NCBI GenBank assembly: GCA_964534625.1
Contig: CAZHRF010000029.1
Coordinates: 1-41,333 of the forward strand
DNA from: an uncultured archaeon
GTDB lineage: Archaea; Asgardarchaeota; Heimdallarchaeia; Heimdallarchaeales; Heimdallarchaeaceae
Reading direction: 5' to 3'
Length of the DNA stretch: 41,333 nt
Shown: piece after piece, positions 9,962 through 19,490 of the stretch
How positions within the stretch are numbered: the stretch's first letter is position 1
Layout of the letters: each line of letters opens with the position of its first letter
Made by a program: the position numbers and the translations under genes
The notes under the pieces: model-generated
What the model was told of the DNA's origin: nothing
Database searches by the model: none
Seen by the model: the letters and a program-made list of their open reading frames with translations, nothing else

Positions 9962-10061
9962 GTAAGATTTTATCTAACAATAAAAAGCATTTTGGTTGTA
10001 AAACAACATATTCTCTGTTTATTTTATTGATAACTCACATATAAAATAAATGGAGGATAAA

Positions 10062-10667
10062 TCAATCCAATGGATAGTGTTCTTGTAAACCATACGGTAA
10101 ATCTTCTTTTTGGATGTTTTCCTTACCCCAAATTAGTTCAACAGAATCATCTATTGTAAATATATACATTTTTTCACAAGATAATAAAGGGGTTACATCA
10201 AGTTGTTCCAATTTGTTATTAACAAGATAGAGAATTTCTAAATTTTTGTGATTCTTTAGAGCAGACAAATCTAATTTATTGAGTTTGTTAGCTGATAAAT
10301 GGAGAACTTCAATGTTTTTATTTTTACTAATAGGAGATAAGTCGATTGAAGTAAACTTATTAGATGATAGGTATAATCGCTTTAAGTTAGACATGGGAGA
10401 CAAGGGAGAGAGATCTATGGTTTCAAGTTGGTTCCGTGATAAATGTAATATTCGTAAAAGAACACAGTGGGATAAAGGTTCAAGATTAATTTCTTCTATT
10501 GCATTCTCAGAAAGATATAACCGTTCAAGTTTTTCACAAATTGAAACTGGAGAAAGGTCTATTTTCTTTATTTTTTTCTCTCTCAAATCAATCTCCTGTG
10601 TGCTTTGTTCTAATTCAATTTCTATTTCTTCATCATTTGTATTTTTATATGTAAGACTAAAACTCAT
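10062..10667 (-). CDS. Leucine-rich repeat protein
   Basis: About six 24-aa repeats, consensus IDLSPLS....L..L.LS.N.(L/I). Confidence 0.92.
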   Translation of the reverse strand: MSFSLTYKNTNDEEIEIELEQSTQEIDLREKKIKKIDLSPVSICEKLERLYLSENAIEEINLEPLSHCVLLRILHLSRNQLETIDLSPLSPMSNLKRLYLSSNKFTSIDLSPISKNKNIEVLHLSANKLNKLDLSALKNHKNLEILYLVNNKLEQLDVTPLLSCEKMYIFTIDDSVELIWGKENIQKEDLPYGLQEHYPLD

Positions 10668-10855
10668 CTCGGATCTCCTTAAAGATATGATTTATCTAAT
10701 AGCAACTTGAATTAAAGGTATAATTATAAAAGACTTCTGAAAGATAGAAAAGAAATTAAACCAATATAATTATGATCCCCATTAATCAGTACTACTTAGA
10801 GGGGAACTTAACAAATTTGAAATCTAAAAAAAGAAAATAAAAAAGGAAAAGTTGT

Positions 10856-11860
10856 TTAATTTTTGCGTTTTCTGATTATTGCAGCTGTACTAATTAGCGC
10901 TAGTGGCACTAATATCATTCCAAATGATGATGGTTCAGCTACTGGTGTGACTAACACGTTGATGACGTTATTAACAAACATTCGTCCCCATGTATCTCCA
11001 TCTTGAAATACTCCTGTTTCTGTTTTATTATTATACATATTCTTATAATATGTAAACATAGATTCCCCAGCGAGTATTAAGTGACTATCACCTACTGGTT
11101 CATAGATAACACCAGGATAATTACCAGTTGTAGTTGAGTTAGCATACAAGTCCAAATCAGTATCGGACAAATCAGAATCAGCAGATACAGATTCTTCATC
11201 AAATGAAGCTAAGATTTCAATATCGCCAACAGCTGTTGTACGTAAATCTATGTAGTCTTCACCATCATAACCTAAGATTGAACAAGGTCCATGTAAGATA
11301 AAGCCACCTTCAACATCTTCATTAATTTGAGCGGTTATTGAACCAGCTTCACCAGTTGCAATAGTAGTAATTCCAGCTCTGTAAGCGGCACCATCATTAT
11401 TTGTGGGATCACTTATTGAAGTTGCATCTAAACGGGCTTTTGAACCAATTGTGTCTAAAACAGTATTAAGCGTCCCAGGAGTGAAGTATCCACCGTAATC
11501 GGAATCTCCACCAATGAATAACAGTTTGTCACCTTGTTCATACCATTCTTTTATCATTGTTAATTCAGATGTGTTGTAGTCATCTACACTACCAGGAATA
11601 AACAATGCAGCGGCATTATCAGGTATCTCAAATGTTTCATTGATATAGATAACTGTGTTACCAGCTTCTGTAAAATTGCCTTCTAGCTGTTCTAGTTCAT
11701 CGTGGTTTGGACCATGGCTAATGTCAAATAAGATAACAGCACCAGAAACTTCAATTGAACTTTCATAAGCTGCTACATTTTGAACATTACTAGCCATACT
11801 AAATACAAGTGTAAAAACTAGAAGAATACTTATTGTTAGTTTTTTCATTTTTTTATTCAC
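10856..11860 (-). CDS. Secreted, C-terminally anchored surface protein with a GIFT/DUF4350 (GATase-like) domain
   Basis: Signal peptide; VILFDISHG...LFIPG...ELTMIKEWYEQGDKLLFIGGD...LNTVL...LILAGES; C-terminal TM plus RKRKN. Start GTG 11860 or ATG 11848. Confidence 0.7.
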   Translation of the reverse strand: MNKKMKKLTISILLVFTLVFSMASNVQNVAAYESSIEVSGAVILFDISHGPNHDELEQLEGNFTEAGNTVIYINETFEIPDNAAALFIPGSVDDYNTSELTMIKEWYEQGDKLLFIGGDSDYGGYFTPGTLNTVLDTIGSKARLDATSISDPTNNDGAAYRAGITTIATGEAGSITAQINEDVEGGFILHGPCSILGYDGEDYIDLRTTAVGDIEILASFDEESVSADSDLSDTDLDLYANSTTTGNYPGVIYEPVGDSHLILAGESMFTYYKNMYNNKTETGVFQDGDTWGRMFVNNVINVLVTPVAEPSSFGMILVPLALISTAAIIRKRKN

Positions 11861-12158
11861 CGCACTAAAGTGCTATTTACCAGTAGTATGTAACATAATT
11901 AAATCTTTCCCATATAGACATGAACCTATTTTCCGACATTATTAATCAATCAAGCATACATCTAACACTAAACTGTTTTTTACATTTTATTTAGTAGAAA
12001 AAAAGTTTCAAAGGATATACCAACACCAACCAATAACTTAGGGATTATTTTCCTTATAATACGCAAATTTAAAATAAATAAAGAGAGTGTATAGAAAACT
12101 ATTAGTATCTAAAGTATTGATACTGGAATACTGGATATTAGTTCTACCACGATTTAAA

Positions 12159-13766
12159 ATGATAGCTGCATACAGAATTCGGGACAGAAAAAAGACAAAA
12201 ATTGGGTCTAAGACCACATTAGGGTTAGGGGATATCATAAGTCTCTCTTTTTTTACTGATCCTACTTTTAATAGCAGCAAAGATGTCATCAATGAACATT
12301 TCATGCTTATATCTCCCTATGGTACAATCATAAGGCAAGAAAAAGTTTTAGTAAATTCTTCAAATTATCAGAATTTTTATTCCTTTAAAATACCCCCCAA
12401 TCTTTATTCTGGCGTTTATATTTTACTCTTGGAAGGAGATTTTACATACAGAGAGAAGGTTATTATCAAAACAAATAAATTTCTTCTCCAGAGATTGCTC
12501 TTTTCATATAAACTTGAGATTCATAACCATAATTCTTCTTCATTAAGTAATTTGCTTGTTGATTTTATTATCCCGCCAAATATTGCTCCTATTCAACAAG
12601 TTACGAGGTTAGAGACGAATTATCATGCAAAGGGAATATTAACTGACAAAGAAGGGAATAAATGGCTTCGTTTTATTATTCCGTTGATTCGACCCCAAGA
12701 AACGATTACATTAGCATATAGAGCACTAGTAATAGTTAGACTAATTGCCTATGATGTTACCCCTATTCTAAGAAATAAAAGACATAATGCGGATAAATAT
12801 CGTAGGATTTATGAGAGATACACACAACATGAACCGCACCTTGAATCTAATCATCCACTTATTCGTGAAATGGCCATGAATCTTAGTGATATTTCAACAA
12901 TTGGAAATGCAATTGAAATACTAAATTTTGTTCGTACGTCTTTACAATATCGGGCATTAAATCAAGATTATGGTGCGGCTTTCGCCATAGAAAATGGTTT
13001 TGGTGATTGCACAGAATTTGCTTCTCTATTTGTTAGTATATGTCGAGCAGCTAATATTCCAGCAAGATTAGTTACTAGTTTAGTACAAAGTGAAACAGGT
13101 GGATGGGAACAACATGCCCAAGCAGAATTTTTTTCAAATGGATTTTGGTGGCCCATAGATCCAACACTCCAAAAGGATAAGAGATATTTGAGTAGAGACC
13201 CAGAAACAATAATCTTACGGAGAGGAAATACATTAAAAAATTCACATAATAAAGAGATACGTATTGGATTCGACGAACTAGGTTCAGTACCTAATCCCAG
13301 AATATCTTGGGATTGGGAAATAATCACTGATAATCAGAACAAGAATAGAACAACTCCGCTTAAAGAAGTAGATAAAGATTATTCAACCCTTCGAACTGAA
13401 AAATTTCGTAATATAAAGTGGCAGTATAAACTAGGACATTTAGATTTGGAAAAACCAAAAGAAATGATTGAAATTAAAGCAAAAATACCGTCCACCGTTC
13501 CAGCCTCTAGCCCGTTTAGAATCCCCATTAGATTAATAAATAAAAATAGAAAAGAGGTATCAGGTACTTTACGCATATCATTTAACAAGGGCGCAATCTA
13601 TACAAATCATCTTGAACCTTGCATACTAGATAGCTATTCAAATTATGAAACTATTATTCAGATTCCGTCTCATAACTTTCTTGGTAAGGCTTTAATTGAA
13701 ATTATTTTTCAAAACGAGAACGGCGCAATTATGGGGTATGAACAACAACTAGTGAAATTTCAATAA
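12159..13766 (+). CDS. Transglutaminase-like domain protein
   Basis: GDCTEFASLFVSICRAANIPARLV, QHAQAEF, WWPIDPT give a Cys-His-Asp triad. Start moved to ATG 12159. Confidence 0.88.
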   Translation: MIAAYRIRDRKKTKIGSKTTLGLGDIISLSFFTDPTFNSSKDVINEHFMLISPYGTIIRQEKVLVNSSNYQNFYSFKIPPNLYSGVYILLLEGDFTYREKVIIKTNKFLLQRLLFSYKLEIHNHNSSSLSNLLVDFIIPPNIAPIQQVTRLETNYHAKGILTDKEGNKWLRFIIPLIRPQETITLAYRALVIVRLIAYDVTPILRNKRHNADKYRRIYERYTQHEPHLESNHPLIREMAMNLSDISTIGNAIEILNFVRTSLQYRALNQDYGAAFAIENGFGDCTEFASLFVSICRAANIPARLVTSLVQSETGGWEQHAQAEFFSNGFWWPIDPTLQKDKRYLSRDPETIILRRGNTLKNSHNKEIRIGFDELGSVPNPRISWDWEIITDNQNKNRTTPLKEVDKDYSTLRTEKFRNIKWQYKLGHLDLEKPKEMIEIKAKIPSTVPASSPFRIPIRLINKNRKEVSGTLRISFNKGAIYTNHLEPCILDSYSNYETIIQIPSHNFLGKALIEIIFQNENGAIMGYEQQLVKFQ

Positions 13767-14476
13767 GTTGAGAAAACAAGAAAAACAACAACGCCCACCC
13801 ATAATGGAATAAAGAGATTATCATAGAAATCCGAGCAGATAGCTTCAATTAGACAGCCTACAAAACCTATTGCTAGAATTGTTATTACATACTCTAAAAC
13901 AGGAATCGAATATAATGTAAGGGAAAAAAATATTGAACCAGTTATACCCATAAATACAGCAGTAGAACCTTCTACAGTTTTCACAGTTTTAACAGAGTAT
14001 TCTACTGTTCCAAATATTCGACCAACTATTTCTCCTAAGCCATCTCCAAATCCCAAAGAAAAAACTGCGCTTATAAATGACCATGGAGCATTCATACTTA
14101 AAAAGAAAAGATACACTAACGTTGCTGCGGTAATTAATACATTGAAAAAAAGTTCTTTTGTTGTTCCATCAACTCTTGTATCCTTATCCAACAAACGAGA
14201 TATCAGTCGTACTTGAGGTAATAAAGACAGAATTACAAAAACTATTACAGAACCAATAAATACAATTATAATATCATAAAAATTATTGTGTAGATATCGT
14301 AAAATGCCAAAATATGCTAAAAATGTTATATGATCAAACTTTCGCAATACCCAATTTGGTAGATTTGTTTTCCAGAGTGATAAAGAGAAAAATAGGAACA
14401 GGTATAACCCTAAAATAGATAATATATCAAGTATCAGATTTAGCGAAGATAAATCGAATACTAATGCATATGACAT
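13760..14476 (-). CDS. SEC59/DGK1/VTE5-family membrane kinase (dolichol/phytol kinase-like)
   Basis: LRKFDH, GFGDGLGEIVG, KTVEGS, IEA...DNLFIP; multiple TM helices. Confidence 0.85.
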   Translation of the reverse strand: MSYALVFDLSSLNLILDILSILGLYLFLFFSLSLWKTNLPNWVLRKFDHITFLAYFGILRYLHNNFYDIIIVFIGSVIVFVILSLLPQVRLISRLLDKDTRVDGTTKELFFNVLITAATLVYLFFLSMNAPWSFISAVFSLGFGDGLGEIVGRIFGTVEYSVKTVKTVEGSTAVFMGITGSIFFSLTLYSIPVLEYVITILAIGFVGCLIEAICSDFYDNLFIPLWVGVVVFLVFSTY

Positions 14477-14565
14477 TAAAATACCTACTACTTTCCCTTT
14501 AAAACGATTTCTGTTATCTCAAACTATTCTTAAAAAATAAAAAAGAAGGAAGCCAAAAAAGAGAA

Positions 14566-17451
14566 TTATATTCCCGTTATTGCTTCTGTTCTTGAGCCTA
14601 GAACTACATTTGTTATAAACAAACTGATGATCTGCAAAATCATCAAAAACACGCCTAGAACACAGAATACTTGGAAACCAAAACTTTCGCTATATCTAGC
14701 CATAACCCAAGTAATTGTCCCACCTTTTGAATTATTTATTACCAATATTGTTGTTGAAACCTCACTTAAACAATATATGAAGGACACAATAGATCCCGCA
14801 AATACATTCAGTGATATCATTGGCACAGTTATTTTTGCAAATGTTCTCGTTCTATTTGCCCCTAAATTCATTGAAGCCTCTTCCAATATTACATCTGTTT
14901 GTTGTAATCCCGCATATGCTGCTCTTACAGTAAACGGAAACTTTCTGATGGTATAACTAAGCACAACTAAAGTTACAGCTATGGTTTGAAATGGATCTAA
15001 TAACAAACTTTCAGTTAAATTCATCATGAATTTTGTGAAGAAATTAGGATGATTAGTGTATATACCACCCCAATCAAAAACCATGTAATAGCCTAATGCT
15101 AAAACAAGACCTGGGATAGCTATCGGTATAGTAATTAAAGCATCAAACCATTCTTTACCTCTAAAATTCTTTCTACTTACAACATATGCAGCTGATGTTC
15201 CAAGAAGAATGATCAGTATAGTAGCGAGAATGCTATAATAAAGCGTGTTCTGTGCAAATAAAGATATATTCAATTGTATATCCGCTTGGGCTGGAAGAAA
15301 TACTGATTTATAATGATCCAAAGTCAAATCGATATCTTGGACTCTACTTAAACGAAAGTTTACAACCAATGAACCCAATATTACCCCCATATGTACCATT
15401 AATGAACCCAAGAAGAGTATAACTAAATATGGATAAACCAACAAAGACTTCCATCTTAATGTTGACATTCTATATTTTCCCGCTCTTCCCTTTGATATCA
15501 TGGCATATTGTCTAAGTGAAACATATTTGCGAATAACAAAAAAACCTATCAAGGCGAGCAATAATAAAATTCCCCCTTGCACACAAATTTCCGGAGTTAC
15601 ATTAGACGAACCTTCCTTTGTCAAATTTATAAATACTGAATAAGTTATTAATTTACTAGCTAATGGATCACCCAATCCTTGAAACACAATTGGTGTGCCT
15701 ACATCTTCCATTGAAAGAATAAGAACAAGTATAGCACCTGCACCAATACCGGGCATAGCTAAAGGCAATGTGACCGTCCTAAACAATTTAAAACTACTAG
15801 CGCCAAGATTTTCCGCCTGTTCTTCCATGCTCGGATCAATATTGACAAATGATGAGAAAGAATTCAGATAAATCAAAGCAAAGAAGTGCAAAGATTGAAC
15901 AAGAGATATTCCAACAAAGCCACGAATAATTAAACGTATATCCAACAATGGTTCAAGAAGAAGAATATTTAGCAATCCATTTGGTCCCAATAATAAATTA
16001 AAACCAAATCCTGAAATAAATGGTGGTATTATGAGTGGTGCTAAGGCAAGTAAGCTGAAAATTTTTTTAGCTGGAAATTCATATCTTGCAAGTATAAAAG
16101 CAAGTGACACACCTAAAATTATGGATACAAGCGTGGTAACAATTCCAAGCATTATTGAATTAAATACAACACCTCTGGAAACGCCTACAAATATCAAAAA
16201 AGTAACATAATAAGGGTCTTGATATTCATTTACAAAAAAGATGCCCGAATTGTCACTTATATCAAGTAATACTAACCCCATCTTGCCCATGGCCAAGTAG
16301 AGAGTATTATTATCTGGGCTAACAATAAACCGCTCAGGTATGTTTTGTATGAAATCATAGCTATCTATTATAGAATAATTAGTGTTATTTTCAATATTAA
16401 GAAGTTCTAATTTATATGTAATATCCAATATATTTTTAGTTGAGACAACTGCAACAGTATCAACTATTTTCACTTCATACGTTTGATAACTATTATCATA
16501 ATTAATCTGGGTTATATTATCAATCGTGCTTATATTCAATGAAAGGATACCATCGCCACCCAATGCTATGTAGGCTGTATCTTTTTCTACTGTAATATCT
16601 TCAACTCTAAGCTTTTTAAGCTTGCTATTTTCATCAATATTTATTGTAGAATTAATTTGTTCAGGATTTGTAGAATCAGATATATCAAATATAGAAATAC
16701 CCATTGTTATTCCCCCAACAAAAAGAAAATCTTGATAAAAATCAAATGTCTTAATTGTTCTTTCTAAATCCGTAGAATAACTATGTGTAATATTGTTCTC
16801 TACATCACTAACATCAAAGATATGGAAATAGGTATCATCAGAACAGACATATAACTTATCATTATTAAGCGCCATAAAATTGGTCTTATTTGTCCCCAAA
16901 TCAACAGTATATAGGGGTACAATATCTTCGTCAATGTTAGTAATATTAAAAACGTAAAGTTCAGAACTCGATATAGAGATAAGATGCGATCCCACAACAA
17001 CCAAATCATTAAATGGTTTATTTACTTCAGAATATTGTGCCAATTCCTTTATGTTGTGAGGGTCACTTATATCTAGCATTTCAATACCTTGTAATTGTTC
17101 AGCAATGAAAATATAATTATCTTTAATTGCTATAGATTTTCCATAACCGCCTCTTACATCATTTTCTTCCTTACTGAAAAACGAAGTAGATTGATCTCCA
17201 GCAAGATTGAAGTTTTCTTTATCTTGAAAAGTATTAGCAATAGGTTGTAATGAAAAAGTATTATTGAAATAAACAGCACCTGATAAAACCAACAATAATG
17301 GAATAACCATCCATATGATAAAAACAATTGTAACAATAGAAATAACAACTTTACTTGATGGATCTTTTAATAAGCTTTGATATACGCGATCAATAAAAGA
17401 ACGTTCATAGCTTAACTTTTTATCTTTATGGTATTCTTTCTCTGGCATCAT
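14566..17451 (-). CDS. FbpB/ThiP-type double-domain ABC permease with an inserted LVIVD-repeat beta-propeller
   Basis: Two EAA loops (MEEQAENLGAS, LEEASMNLGAN), PLIIPPF, PIAIPG; seven LVIVD-like repeats at ~16225-17150; agagg SD before ATG 17451. Confidence 0.9.
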   Translation of the reverse strand: MMPEKEYHKDKKLSYERSFIDRVYQSLLKDPSSKVVISIVTIVFIIWMVIPLLLVLSGAVYFNNTFSLQPIANTFQDKENFNLAGDQSTSFFSKEENDVRGGYGKSIAIKDNYIFIAEQLQGIEMLDISDPHNIKELAQYSEVNKPFNDLVVVGSHLISISSSELYVFNITNIDEDIVPLYTVDLGTNKTNFMALNNDKLYVCSDDTYFHIFDVSDVENNITHSYSTDLERTIKTFDFYQDFLFVGGITMGISIFDISDSTNPEQINSTINIDENSKLKKLRVEDITVEKDTAYIALGGDGILSLNISTIDNITQINYDNSYQTYEVKIVDTVAVVSTKNILDITYKLELLNIENNTNYSIIDSYDFIQNIPERFIVSPDNNTLYLAMGKMGLVLLDISDNSGIFFVNEYQDPYYVTFLIFVGVSRGVVFNSIMLGIVTTLVSIILGVSLAFILARYEFPAKKIFSLLALAPLIIPPFISGFGFNLLLGPNGLLNILLLEPLLDIRLIIRGFVGISLVQSLHFFALIYLNSFSSFVNIDPSMEEQAENLGASSFKLFRTVTLPLAMPGIGAGAILVLILSMEDVGTPIVFQGLGDPLASKLITYSVFINLTKEGSSNVTPEICVQGGILLLLALIGFFVIRKYVSLRQYAMISKGRAGKYRMSTLRWKSLLVYPYLVILFLGSLMVHMGVILGSLVVNFRLSRVQDIDLTLDHYKSVFLPAQADIQLNISLFAQNTLYYSILATILIILLGTSAAYVVSRKNFRGKEWFDALITIPIAIPGLVLALGYYMVFDWGGIYTNHPNFFTKFMMNLTESLLLDPFQTIAVTLVVLSYTIRKFPFTVRAAYAGLQQTDVILEEASMNLGANRTRTFAKITVPMISLNVFAGSIVSFIYCLSEVSTTILVINNSKGGTITWVMARYSESFGFQVFCVLGVFLMILQIISLFITNVVLGSRTEAITGI

Positions 17452-17732
17452 TATACCTCTTATATGAGAGGATACAAATTGCCGTTTTTTAATATTTCTC
17501 AAAGAAGTTTTAAAAACTCAAAACAGGTTTTAAAAGAATTTTATCATCTAAAATCTCTGTGTTTTTAATGTGCTTTTTGAATAACGGGTTTTTGATGAAG
17601 ATAGATTACGTTTAAAATAATCATCTATCAATTTGGAACAAATCAAATTTAAATTAGTTAAGACATATCATCTAATCTAAATTAAAATGTAGTATTTATG
17701 AAAAAATTAAAGAAAAGAAGTATGTAAAATTC

Positions 17733-19229
17733 TTAGTTTTTCTTTCTTTTAACAACAACCGTTACGATTGCTATTGTAAGCAACCCCAATAACGTTGTTG
17801 CTGGGTTGATAGGTGACGGTTCTGTGTCTTCTCCTCTGAGTTCGGTTAGAATATCATTATATTTATTTCGTGCAAAAGATCTCCATTCAGAATTTTTTTC
17901 CGCTGAAAACTCTGCATCTTCTTGGTATTGCGTATTCCATTCAATCGCTTGTTCCAATGTCATATCGACTTCCCCAATTGTTGCAATATGTTTGTCAAAT
18001 ACAGTTTTATTTATCTCCTCATTTCTATACTGCGTGACTAACTCTCCCCACATCTCTCTTAGATTACTATGTGGTACAGAAATTGTATTATGGAAATAAT
18101 ATATTGATGTCGTTAAAGTTTCTGTAGCTAATGTCTCATTAAACTCTATTCCTTCATTTTCGATAGTTTCATTGTATAGTTTGTATAGGTCTGTTTTAGT
18201 CTGTCCAAATTCAGTCTGGAAAGCCGCTTCTACTACAGGTAATCTTTCAATACCTTTTTTTAGCCAAACAGATTGTCCTTCAGGAGATAAAACATATTTT
18301 AAGAATGCCTTAGATGCTTCTTCTTTTTCTGTATGTTTGGCAATTGCAATTGGATCACCATTTACGATAGATTGTCCTTCAGGTATAATATATTCACAAT
18401 CAGGATTTTCATCCATGGCAATAACACCATAAAAGTCTATAGTCATAGCAATACCCACATCACCTCTAATTGCAGCGGCTCTTGTGTCTACTGAACCGGG
18501 ATAAATACCAGAATTTGCTCCCATCTGAGTTAGTATTCGCCATCCTTCTTCCCAACCAAATGCTTGCAGAATAATTTGGTAAATACGTGTATTCGAAGTT
18601 GTAGCAGGGGGATCTCCCATGCTGATTGCTTTAATAGCATCAGACACATAATAAACAGGAGAGGCTAATTCTTCCCATGTTTTTGGAACAGGTAAGCCAT
18701 GATCATTCAAAAACTGATGATTAACTGTAAACCCAAAACTTGAGATAGCTGCAGCTATATATACTAGGCTATCATTTTCATCAGACCATTTAGTACCAGC
18801 ACCCGCAATACTATCGGGAACGTATGAATCAACGTGATCTCGAAAGTCACTATCATTTATATGTAGTAATCCGCCAAATTTGTCCATGGTGCTGAAAAGC
18901 GATGGACCTCCACCCCATGCAATATCCATCCCTTTAGAAGGATCAGTTAAAGCTTTTCGCCATGCCTCATCGGTACTATATTCATAATATTGAATATTTT
19001 CGATACCTAGGGCTTTTGCCTCATCAGTTTCTAGAAACGCATCAGCAAATGCTTGTTGAATAGTAATATCATGTCGAGTTACAATATTTAATGTAATATC
19101 AGATTTTTCAGACGGTAAAGCAGTACCAGAATCTGGTAACCCATTAACATATAACTTCATGCCAGATAGTAATGGAGATATTATAACAAGCATCACCGTT
19201 ATAAAAAGAATATTCTTTTTTATTTTCAT
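17733..19229 (-). CDS. ABC substrate-binding protein (Fbp/AfuA-like, class II PBP) with C-terminal anchor
   Basis: DIAWGGG, PKTWEEL, GDP..TSNT, GWEEGW, IIPEGQSIVNGDPIAI, FLKYVLSPEGQ; signal peptide; TM plus KRKKN tail. Confidence 0.88.
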   Translation of the reverse strand: MKIKKNILFITVMLVIISPLLSGMKLYVNGLPDSGTALPSEKSDITLNIVTRHDITIQQAFADAFLETDEAKALGIENIQYYEYSTDEAWRKALTDPSKGMDIAWGGGPSLFSTMDKFGGLLHINDSDFRDHVDSYVPDSIAGAGTKWSDENDSLVYIAAAISSFGFTVNHQFLNDHGLPVPKTWEELASPVYYVSDAIKAISMGDPPATTSNTRIYQIILQAFGWEEGWRILTQMGANSGIYPGSVDTRAAAIRGDVGIAMTIDFYGVIAMDENPDCEYIIPEGQSIVNGDPIAIAKHTEKEEASKAFLKYVLSPEGQSVWLKKGIERLPVVEAAFQTEFGQTKTDLYKLYNETIENEGIEFNETLATETLTTSIYYFHNTISVPHSNLREMWGELVTQYRNEEINKTVFDKHIATIGEVDMTLEQAIEWNTQYQEDAEFSAEKNSEWRSFARNKYNDILTELRGEDTEPSPINPATTLLGLLTIAIVTVVVKRKKN

Positions 19230-19462
19230 TTTTTATTCTACCTAATTGTCCAAAAGTGGACTCTATAATAGTATATTTACAACATTTCATAAATGTTATT
19301 GTGAAACTAAAGTGTTTAATAAAAACAAAAATTAAGGTGTTTAGAAAGGGAAATAACTTTTTCAGCTTTACAACATTTTTTACACAAACTTGAAAAAGTT
19401 TTAGACGAATAAATGAACACAACAGTACTTTTTTAATGAGTAACTACAAGGAAGTATCAAAG

Positions 19463-19483
19463 ACTTGTAAACCATTTACAAGT
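19463..19483. promoter_or_regulatory. Palindromic candidate operator just upstream of the phosphatase gene
   Basis: acttgtaaa-cca-tttacaagt with perfect 9-bp arms, ending 7 nt before ATG 19491. Confidence 0.45.
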
Positions 19484-19490
19484 ATTAAAG

